This document shows, piece after piece, positions 45,540 to 56,360 of a DNA stretch of 64,000 nt (the stretch's first letter is position 1; each line of letters starts with the position of its first letter). Source of the DNA: the human T2T-CHM13v2.0 reference genome, Homo sapiens. Location of the stretch: assembly GCF_009914755.1 (NCBI RefSeq), contig NC_060928.1; one strand, 5' to 3'. The notes under the pieces were generated by a model. That model had not been told where the DNA came from and ran no database searches. It saw only the letters and a program-made list of their open reading frames with translations. The position numbers were made by a program, and so were the translations under genes.

Positions 45540-46140
45540 AAAACGTACTGGTCAAAGGAACAAAATAGAAAGTCCACAAACATATGTAAAACTACATGCA
45601 ATTTTAGAGGGTGAAGAAAATAGCACATCAAAATTTGGAAAGACGTATTAACTATTTAATAAATAATATTGAGACAACAGGCTATTACTTAAAAATAAAT
45701 TTATAGCTGTAATTCTTTTAAAAAGCCAAAATTAATGTTAATTAGATTAAGATTTAAGTGCATAAAATACAACCATAGAATATGAGATGAAAATATACCT
45801 CATTACAATGGAAGAAGAGTGTCTAAGCATGGCACATACAACCTTAGTCATAAAGAAAAACATTAATAAATTTGCCTAAATAAAATTTAACTATTAATTT
45901 TAATGAGACATAAATATCATGAACTATAAACTAATGATAGCACATGTAATAGAAAAGGGTTAATATTCTTTCCCTTAGGGTGCTTTTACCTAATTAATTA
46001 GTGGAAAAATAAGCAAAAAACACAAAAAGGAATATCATAAATGAAAAAATATAAACAGAAAATTTAAAAAGTTAAACTAGATTAGTATTCAAAAAATGCA
46101 AATAGAAGTATCACCAAGACATCATTTTTGAGTATTAAAT
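45540..46140 (+). mobile_element. Old L1M ORF2 fragment
   Basis: 'aaaggaacaaaatagaaagtccaca...agattaagatttaagtg...aaaaaatgcaaatag'. Confidence 0.55.
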
Positions 46141-46164
46141 TCAGAATAATATATTCATAAGAAA

Positions 46165-46950
46165 AAACCCTTAATCTCCAATTAAATTTTTGTATATGTA
46201 AAGTGGAGAGCAAGGTTATTTTTTTCTTATGACTATCCTACGGCTTCAGCATGATTTATTGAAAAGGTAAAACCAAAAACATATCCTTTTTCTTTAAATG
46301 GTGTTGATGTCTTTGCCACAAATCAAGTGAATATATATATGCCAGTCTATGTTTTAGTTCCTTGTTCTATTTCCTTGGTCTATTTGTCTGTCTTTATGAC
46401 AATATCATACTTCCATAGTTACTATAAGTTTATAACAACTCCTAAAGTGTTACAGTTTGTTCTTAAAGATTGTTTTGTCTATTTCAAGTCCTTGGCATTT
46501 CCAAATAAATTTTAAAATCAGATTATCTCTTTTAACAAAAATGCCTATTATTTTAATTTTGATTTTATTGAATCTAAATCAATAAATCTAGATTAATGTT
46601 GGAAAATAAATATATTAAAATAATAGAACCTTCCAATCCATGAAAATGGTATAATTCTTCACTTATTTAAATCATCTTTATCAAATCAGTATTTTCTAAT
46701 TTTTAGTGTAAAGGCTTCCAAATTCTTCTTTAGATTTATTTGTATTTGATATTTTTGAGACTTTTGTAATTGGTATTGTCTTTTTAATTTCAATTTTAAT
46801 TTCCTTCTCATTAGTATATAAAAATTCTACTGATTTTTCTGCATTGACCTTATATCCAGACCTTGCTAAAAAACACATATTATTATAATATGCTTATAAA
46901 TTATTTAACTCTATATAATTATGTACTTTTAATTGAAATTAATAACTTTT
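46165..46950 (-). mobile_element. Old L1M ORF2 fragment, antisense
   Basis: ORF 46696-46878 'ARSGYKVNAEKSVEFLYTN' resembles ORF2 '[18 protein letters not shown]'. Confidence 0.7.
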
Positions 46951-46954
46951 CCAT

Positions 46955-46996
46955 CAAAACACAGCACTAAAATAATGAACAGGCAAGCCATAAACT

Positions 46997-47057
<61 letters not shown>

Positions 47058-48145
47058 TGATATATGTATGTGATATGTATGTAACATATATAACTGAAAA
47101 TATATATATGTGCTCTAGGGTCACACAGCTAGTAATTGGCAGAGTTAACAAATGAACCCAGATTTGTCTGAGCTGGAGATTTTAACTAGCATGATATAAT
47201 TTTGAGATGAAATGATGTGTGTGTATATATATATATATATATCACAAAAGTCCTATATCCATATTAAAGAACTCTTACAAGTCAATAAGAAAATGACAAC
47301 CCAAACATGGGCAAAACATTTGACTAAGTAATTCATAAAAAGCTTTTAAATGTGGATGATAAGCATATTTTCAAAAGTGCTATAAAATTACTCATCAGAG
47401 AAATGCAAATTAGGACCACTATGAGATATACAATCATGAAAATGGTAAAATAACTAAAGGACTGATGATATCAAATGTCGATGAAGATATAGGACAGCTA
47501 GGACTCTCAAACGTTGCTGATGAGAATATACATTGTTTTAAACATTTCGAAAACTGCATCTGTCAAAGCAGAATGTATGCCCACTCTAATGAAACAGGAA
47601 TTTTACTCATAGATGAAGTCCCAGAAGAAATGAGGGCATAGGCCCACCAAGTGAATATATAAACATTTACATTGTTGACAGCAGCTTTATTCATAACACC
47701 CCTACATTGGGAACAACACAAATGTGCAAACATATGGGAATATACAAAGAAACTGAGGTATGTTCATACAGTAGAGTATTATGCAACATTAGAAAAGAAG
47801 AAACAAGAAACTGCTGATACACAACTGGCTGGATCTCCAAAACATTGTGTTGAGCAAAAGATAGAACACACAAAAGCAAACATGCTGCATGATTCTATTT
47901 ATTTTAAGGTCAAGATGAGGCAAAAAATATTCTCATAGGTTAGAAGTCAGATAGAATTTATCTCTGATATGGGAGGTTATTAACTAGGAAGAGGCAAGAA
48001 GCATCCTTCTGGAGTGATGGAGGTGTTCTCTATATCGATCCAGGTGATGGTTATACAGAGGTATACATACATAAAAATTCATCATGCCATACTGCTAGGA
48101 TTTTGCAATTTACATTGTATAGGTTGCACCTTAATTTAGAAAATT
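46955..48145 (+). mobile_element. Old L1M (L1ME/MD-like) 3' end containing (TA)n and an inserted duplicate
   Basis: 'atgaacaggcaagccataaactgag...aagaactcttacaagtcaataagaaaa...gcagctttattcataac'; 3' UTR 'ttagaagtcagatag...ggtgatggttatacagagg'. Confidence 0.75.
47111..47218 (+). repeat. Local duplicate of 48938-49052
   Basis: Manual alignment: ~11 substitutions and one 7-nt gap over ~108 nt; same orientation. Confidence 0.85.
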
Positions 48146-48539
48146 GATAATATGGAAATGGAAATTTTATATAATGCTGATTTAAATGCTTAGTATAATG
48201 TTGGTATCGTTTTTCAAAATATAATAAAACATTTTTTAATGCCTCTACTCTCTGATCAAGGAAATTTTGTTCCAAGTAACTGATTCTAAGGAAAGAATCC
48301 GACAAATGGCAAAAATGTGTGTATAAAATAATGGCATTCCTTATGATAGTGATGAAACCAAGACAGAAAATCCCTAAATGTCTAAGATTTGGAAACTGGA
48401 AAATCATGGTTTATGTGCACTAGCCACCAAATGAACCCCTAGCTAGGCAATTACAATGATGACAGAAGGAATTTTTTAATTAATATTTTTGGAGTGAATA
48501 TTAATTGATATGTATTTGTACCACATTTGCCAAGTATTT

Positions 48540-49022
48540 ATATATCAAGATGGCTTATTCTAGTTAACGTTTATTAGAAACTGATAGGTAAGGGTTACTA
48601 ATACTCCCTCTGTTTTTTTTGTTTGTTTGTTTGTTTGTTTTAGTGTTTTTTTTTAATTATACTTTAAGTTTTAGGGTACATGTGCACATTGTGCAGGTTA
48701 GTTACATATGTATACATGTGCCGTGCTGGTGCGCTGCACCCACTAACTCATCATCTAGCATTAGGTATATCTCCCAATGCTATCCCTCCCCCCTCCCCCC
48801 ACCCCACCACAGTCCCCAGAGTGTGATATTCCCCTTCCTGTGTCCATGTGATCTCATTGTTCAATTCCCACCTATGAGTGAGAATATGCGGTGTTTGGTT
48901 TTTTTTAACAGATGAAAAAAATGGAGGCTTAGTAGCTTGCTTTAGGGTCACACAGCTAGTAACTGGCAGAGTTAACAACTGAACTCAGATTTGCGTGAAT
49001 CCAGAGCTGGAGTTTTTAACTA
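48540..49022 (-). mobile_element. MIR interrupted by the young L1
   Basis: 'ttttaacagatgaaaaaaatggaggcttag...agggtcacacagctagtaactggcagag'. Confidence 0.7.
48621..48904 (-). mobile_element. 5'-truncated young L1 (L1PA2 or non-Ta L1HS type), 3' UTR only
   Basis: 'cacattgtg', 'gtgatctcattg' and 'gagaatatgcgg' are young-L1 states; GAG (not ACA/ACG) at the Ta diagnostic site; GTTTTTTTT at 48612-48620 and 48898-48906 as TSD. Confidence 0.9.
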
Positions 49023-49789
49023 GGGTGATGTAATTTTGACATGAAATGATGTTCATAATCTATGGTTAAATGAATAAGTGACTAGCCAAACTGTAAGTCT
49101 CAGAGTATGATTTTATATTTGTAAAAAATATGTACACATAGACACACATGTGTGCTTGTAAAGCAAAATCCTATGATAAAACTCCTGTGACTGGCAGTTG
49201 ATTACCAGACCCTCTGCTCCCCTGTTCAGATAACTAACTATGCAGGTTTTATTTCATCTTTTCATTAATCTCACAATAAAATTTATTTATGTTTATATAA
49301 CTGAACATTCTAGACCTCATTTGTAGCATATGGCCAGGTTTTATTCATATATATATATATATATGAATGATATGTGATAAACATATATATGTTAACATAT
49401 ATATAGCAGCAGTTTGTTTCTTCTTTTAAACATATATATGTTAATAAATATATATACTGTATGTGTGTGTATATATATGATATGTAATAAACAAATCTGC
49501 TTGGCAAAGCAAATGCCAACTGCTGACTCTGCTTCTTTCCTGGCGTTGGGATTACTGATAATTTAAAATATACACTTGTTCAGCTGATTTACATTTTTTT
49601 ACTTGTTCTAAACTGGATGTATAAAATTGATGCAATTAACAAAAAAGGCCCACAGGAGAGATGAAAATGTGTTTTAATACAAGGCTACCCTGTCTTTTAA
49701 TTCATGCTCTATCATCACCCGACTGAATGAATTGGGCTTTACACTGAACAATAAATGTTAATGTTTATTGAAAGTATAATTTGTACCGG

Positions 49790-49985
49790 GTACCTTATAA
49801 ATGCCTATGAATATATTTTTCCAGTGAATCCTTTCCACAACCCTATGAGGTAAACACTATTATTATCCCTATTTGATGTCTGAGGAAACTGAAGTACAGA
49901 GAGGTTAAGTACTTTGCACTAGTCTACACAGTATGATTTGAGCTCAGAGAGTCTGACTGTGGGGACTTGCTCTAGACCCCTGAGC
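49790..49985 (-). mobile_element. MIR SINE
   Basis: 'cacaaccctatgaggtaaacactattattatccct...tgaggaaactgaagtacagagaggttaagt'. Confidence 0.8.
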
Positions 49986-51479
49986 TGAACCTCCCCTGTA
50001 AGTGTAACACTAGGGGCTTCATCTCCTCAACTACAAAATGCAGGGCCAAAATAGTTCATTTTAAAGGCACCTACACATTCAAACATTCTGTGATCTTTAA
50101 CCCTATGAATATTTTTACCGAAAATATGTTTTCTGCAATAAATCAGTTATTTTTTTTCAGCACCTACTATGTGCCAAACTCAGTAGTAGCTTTTTCTTTG
50201 TTTTACTCAATATCAATTTTATTTTCCACTTGAATGGAGTGACCTGGGTGCCTTGGATATGAAATGAGGGCATATCAATCTGTGTATACGTGGCAGTTGA
50301 GCCCAAGCAAAACGTTTTGATTATTTAATAAATTATAACTTGAAAAGAGGGTCTGACAGTTACTTTTGTACCTTTCCTGACACATAATCTAATTCTTAAG
50401 TCAGTGGTTTAATATAATTTTCTTAGTTGCTAGCTTGATTCAGAATAGGCTTCAAGCATAAAATCACACAAAGCTTTTGTTTTGCAAAGCTCTTTCACAA
50501 ATCACCCTGGTTTCATGCCCTAATTAATCAGCGTTCATGGGGGAATGAGAGGTTATTTGCTTTTCAGCTTCTGCAGATATACTAATAGCATAGCAGGAGA
50601 ATTCTGAAATAGCATGGGTTATTTCTCATATTTGAAGCAGTTTCCCATGGATTCTTATATAATTATCTAGAAAATGTGAAACATTGTCTCTACTGGAATT
50701 ATATCTCATGCTGACAGGGACTCCCAAGATTGCAAAAATCTACCCGTTACTAGGTCTTTTGAGCATAATATTATTCCAATATGTTAAATTGAACGTATCA
50801 TGGTATTTAGAAATCCCTCAATAGTCCCTGACCCTTATAATTCAGAGAAAAATGTAACCATTTCTTTTTCTCAATTAAATCACTTTTAAAACATGCAGTA
50901 AAGCATTTTTCATTGACAGAAATAAAAATAGTGTGCGATTTTCCAATTTAGTAGAATAGTTTAACAGGATATTGAAATCCAGTAAGGTTTGGCTAACAAT
51001 CAAGTTTAAAGAGAAGCATTACTTATTTCCTTATGTGTTATCATTAGCCCCATAAAATTGGCTTATTGAGCAGAGTTTCAAATCAAAATTTTACAACATC
51101 ACCCTTGGTACACTGGGGCCTTACGTGTAAAGGATAAGTTCATTCATTATCCAGAATTTCTTTTTAAAGGTGAGGCAGTTGTAGGATTGAAGCCATTGTT
51201 TTTTTCTACTGGGAGACAATTTTTATTGCAACAGGTTCTCTGGGTCAAAATAACTGCTATTGCTATGAAATTGCTTTAGAACAGAAAATCTATGACAGAT
51301 ATGATAAAGTAAATATACTTTATATCATTTCATTTTAAAATATGAAAACATAACAGATTTTTATATTTTAGGATCCTGGATGCTTTTGCTTCTAGGTTTT
51401 GAGAACAGTTCTGTTTATCAATGTAAAATTATTTACATAATTACAGATCAAACCAATCAGTTACTACCTTGTAAGGCTA

Positions 51480-52010
51480 AAGGTTATGTCTAGCATAAGC
51501 AAGTAGCTCAGATGCTGCTCTGCTGTTAATACCTATTCACTCTAGGGCTGCCGCCCTATTCCCAGGGCTGATTGCCCTCTGTCCTGTGGCTTCAAGTAAT
51601 GTAAATTGTATCTTGTCCCTGGGTAATCGAGATCAGTGTTTTCTTGTCTGTCCACTCCCTGCCGATGCCCTCTCTGTGCTGCGATAATGGTTTTGGTGGG
51701 CAATCAAGGAGGATGCCTTCTTGACTCATCTCTCATAATAGATTGTCCTCCTCAGGCAAAATTGAATAACCCCCGACATGGCCTGGAGGCAGGCAATGAG
51801 AATTCAATAAGTCTGCAGGGTCAATGTCCTGTCATTTTTGGCAAGCAAGTAATTATTCTGCACTAACATTCAGTAATAGGAGAAGGAAACTGCTGTAGAC
51901 ACCTTCATCTTGATGCCCAGAAAAGTCACCTTAACAGGATTTTTCCTCTAATCGGCAATAATTCCTTCTCCTCTTCTGATGTGATTTGGTCCACTTTTTC
52001 ATGTGAGTTG
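51480..52010. promoter_or_regulatory. Candidate conserved non-coding element / enhancer
   Basis: Repeat-free, GC-elevated, CpG-retaining, high-complexity block with AP-1 (TGACTCA 51722), MEIS (CTGTCA), TAATTA and EBF-like TCCCnGGG sites. Conservation not verified. Confidence 0.4.
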
Positions 52011-55000
52011 CATGTGTGGATTTTCTAGACTTTTTTTTTTAAACCTGCAGTATCTGTGGGAAAGTTTAACAACTTCACTGCCTGTTTAATATTTTCCACT
52101 TTTATGGGCTGCAGTTGTGCTGTCTATTTGCTTTTACTGATTTGTGAAAGATTTATTATAAACCAAATACAGCTGTTCTTCTCTTTCATAAACTCAAACT
52201 ATTTTGGCAAACCTGTTTTCCACTAGGAAAATACATTCAATATTATTTCCCTTACCAGCTTTCCTACCATAAGCATTCAGCTGTGCTTAGTGGTGCAGGG
52301 TAGGTCCCAGCGTGGTTGTGGATTCACTTAAAGAAATGAGAATGCATTCAAAATAAACAGGCGGAAGAGAAGAAATGCCTTTTTTTTTTTTTTTTTTGGC
52401 CTCCTGGTGGGATTCAGTGTTATCATGCACCAATCACAAGAGGGCAGAATTTTAATATCCCCCCCAAATAAACCATCTGCAAATGCAAGCCACTGAAGTG
52501 TTCTGCTTTTGCATTTACATTTATGAAAAACACACGTGTAATTTAACTATGTAACCTTTACCTGAAACTAATATTATGATTAACCTTTTAATATTCTTAA
52601 AATAAGACTGCCATGTACCATGACTCCCTTCACCATATATCCGAACACATAAATATCCTTGTATTTATATTTAAAGAAACATATTCACTTAAATTAATCA
52701 GTTTCAACCATTCAGATTTAGATCTCTGACTTACGACATTTATTTAAAGAAATGTTGAATTACCAGTTTCAAAGACAGCAAAGTTTAGTACCATTTTAGT
52801 TATTTCTATGGCCACCTCTTAAAAAGCGATCTTTTAAAAATGCAAACAGCAAAAACAAAAACAATTAGAAAACAAAAGTGATTTCTAAACCCAATCTAAG
52901 TTGCTTTTCTCTCCATTTCTCTCTGTGTAGAAACTATTGCTTTATTCATTGGAAGGTACCTTTATCTTCTCTCTCCTGAGATCAGTGTGCACAGCAAATA
53001 ATGAAGAGGCTCGTATAAGAGCAGAATAAGCACTTTCCATGACTGATTGACGATTGATTATTGCTGGGATGTCTCCCCACGGTCACTCATCACTACGCTT
53101 TTCTGACAACCAAGCCCTATTTCCGACATGAAAAAGGTGTTTTGATCTGCATCAATTTGGCTTGTTAACTGTGACAAAACTCAAACTGATACCGATCATG
53201 TTCAGTTGTCGATGTTGATTTGGGTCTTGGATGTAGAAACAGTTCATAATCATATTAATACACTTTATTTTTATTTGAGAATACCGTAATATTGAGATAT
53301 ATAATAATACTGTTCTTGGAACATTTTTTATTATCTTCAAACGTTCAGGATTTTGTTCACTATAACAAGCTTTTGGCACTATTTTATCTTATCGTTGCTT
53401 CTCTCAATTTATTTTAAACAGTCTGCTTTAGAATTTCTAACCATTTTTATATGACTATAGCCAAACCTTTCACCATATAATATTGGAGAGAAAACTATAG
53501 TTGCTTCTCATGCAAACTACTGCAAAATAAAATTTATTTAGAAGAGTTGTTTTGCATTAAGTAGAGTCGTGTCCTAGAAGTAAAGCACAGCAGAGAGAAT
53601 ATATTTTAAAGACTGTCTTAAGGAAGAGATAACACTGGGAAATCCCTGTTCTTTTTTTCCTCCCAAGTACTTTGGGTTCAAAGAGTGAAATACATTCTTG
53701 CCAATTAATTACTCTCCCCCACATTTTAATACCAAGATTTATTTAAAATGAATATATCCTAAACATTTATCAAAATTCTTATTATAAAATAATATTTGCT
53801 ACTAAGAAGCTAGTCTAATAACTTGTATTTAAGTGTATTTAACTATCATTATTTTTGTTTTGTACTGAGAAATTAGAGTTAGAAAATGGAAATTTTATTT
53901 TTCAAATTAAATTTGGCTTCAAACTTAAAATTGAAGTAATAATCTTTCTTCCTTTTGCATTCTCATTTCCCCTTTCTTCCAAGAGCTTTTAAGACCTGTA
54001 TTTACGCTCACACAACAGAGCAAGTACAATAAATCCAATGAGCCATTTTCGTTGTGTTTCTTGATGTAGTCCTTGAAAATGACCATGAGACCTTAGCTAC
54101 TACTCTTCTTAAAGTGAGAATAAAGTTGTCTGGTAAAAACTACAGCATACTATTTTGAGGCTTGCATCATTAATTCTCTTCTCCCCCTTCCCGTACTATT
54201 TAAAATTTCTTGATTCAAATAATCAAGCATTGTATTACATTTACTAAAATATATTGAATTTATTTTTCCTTTAGTTTGTCATACTGAAGCTACTCCAAAA
54301 ATTAATATTTTAATCTAAGTGATTATACAGAATTCCTTTCTGATGTTATGGCTGTTTTTTGAGTTTATGAGGTTCTAAAATGTAGAAATAAAAACTAATA
54401 CCTAAATATCTCCTTATCACTGAAGAGGAAAAATCTGGGCAAACACAGATTTTTTCATTGACATCTGAGAAGTTGCCTAATTAGGAGGTCTCCTCATTCC
54501 ACCTTTCACAAGTGTGCTCTTATGTCAGTGAAACCAGTGATCTCAGTGTTGCTCTGCATTCGTTCTTGGGAAGAGTGCAGAAAAGACACTGCACACTACT
54601 ATTTCCAAGTTTTGAGAAGACTTTCTCTCAGTGATGAGCTGCTCTCTGATTCGTCTTTTCTTGGCATGCCTCTAAATCAGCACCCGCAGTTTCAGTGGGC
54701 CCCACCTCCCAGGGCGCTGGCACTTTGGGCCACATGCTGGCCCAGGCCCTGTTGTCAGAGGTCGACTATCCCCAGCCTCATCCTTCACCTTTGGATCCAA
54801 TGTCTCTGTGAATTGCAAAGAGAAAGAAGCTGGGGAGACTTGATGTGGGGAAAAAGGAGACCAGAGAATTTGAAAGTGAGAAAAAAGGAAGCTGTATATT
54901 TAGAATCTCAACCTGCCTTGCCCTGCCTCAAAATGTTTTTCAATGATCATATGCTTACTAGCTAGTGAGTAGGTTATGATCATGTCATGATGTGCGTATG

Positions 55001-55204
55001 GCTTTCTTTTTCTCAAACTTTTTGTTTGTTTGTTTTAGATTTTCTCTCTGTTTGTTTCATCTCACTTTCCAAGCTTACCTTATATAAAGTATCAAAAAAG
55101 AATGACAGAGCTTTTAATCAGAAACACTGCCACAGAGGCAAAGGAAAGGCCCTTTAGGAGACCGTGTTAGAGAGGATGCCATCACCTTACACTGGTTTAA
55201 AATA

Positions 55205-55452
55205 GATAGGTGGAGAACTCAAACACTGGAGCCAGATTGCCTGGGATCAAACCCCGACTCTGTCACTTACATGTTATGTTTTCTTATACCCCTTGTATAA
55301 TATCTCTGTGCCTCTATTTGCTCATCTGTGAAGTGAGGATATTAATAAAAATCAACTCCTAAAATTGTTGAGAGGATTGAATAAGGTAAAATAGTTGATA
55401 CTGTTAGAACAGTGTTGTTACTGTTATATGTAAGTCTCACATATGTTATTAT
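55205..55452 (+). mobile_element. MIR SINE, near full length
   Basis: 'ctggagccagattgcctgggatcaaacccc...tctctgtgcctctatttgctcatctgtgaagtgagg'. Confidence 0.85.
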
Positions 55453-55799
55453 TTGGGTAGAAGTTGACACTTTACAAAGCAATTTCTCAAATATTTTCCT
55501 TTGGACCGTCTTAAGTTCATAGATCTAGTTTAGGAGGCAAAACTAAGAAAGTGAATGACTTGACCAAAATCACGTGACATACAAACCCTGAAGAACCTAA
55601 TACAGGTCTGCTTTTAAGCCCGTTTTTTTCCCTTGGACAATATTTGTCTGTTTTTGGAGATTGATTATGTTTGCTATGGTGTCATTAAATGTGAAAGAAA
55701 TGAAAGGCTAAATGTGGAGTGGATAATGTGAAGAGAGAAGAAATAACACTCACTAGGTGTTGATAAGGGAAAAATGTGAGCTTTACAGTTTCAGAATAT

Positions 55800-56360
55800 A
55801 CGTATTCATGTGATTAATCAGGAAATATCTATGCACCTATTGTTAGAGATTGTGGATATGAAAATAGACAATGTACTGTAAATTAAATTCAGAGAGTTCA
55901 GTGGAGAAGAGGGACAAGTAAACTTATTGCAGCATAGTGTAACAGAGGCACACATGAGTATTATAAAAGCACAAAGTAGTGGCTCCTGACCTAGCCTGGA
56001 GGATGTGAGAAAATCGGGGAAGATTATATAGAGGATTTGCGGCAGAGTAGCTAATAATCTGGTTCATAGTTTAAAAAGATCGTTGTGATTTTTGTGTTAA
56101 AACTGTAGTGTACAGAGCAAGACTGGAAGCAGAAAAACCAAGTTGGAGGTTATTGTAATAGTTCTGGCAAGATATATAATGGAAGCTTGACTATGTCTAT
56201 GATTGGAGGAAGAGACCTAGTATAAAAGCCTGAAATAAGTGGGTATTTTATCATGCATATAAATTAAGAATTTGGGCATGCACACGGGTTCTCTATGATG
56301 AGAGAGAAGGAAAGGGTAGATAAAAATGCTGAGAAAATTGAGAGAATGATCACATCAACT
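55800..56360 (-). mobile_element. L2 fragment
   Basis: 'gagcaagactggaagcagaaaaaccaagttggaggttattgtaatagttctggcaaga'. Confidence 0.65.

Noticed and set aside
54522-54965. 147-aa ORF
   Set aside because: Lies in a locally GC-richer patch where stops are rarer; no domain or codon signal; length is plausible by chance
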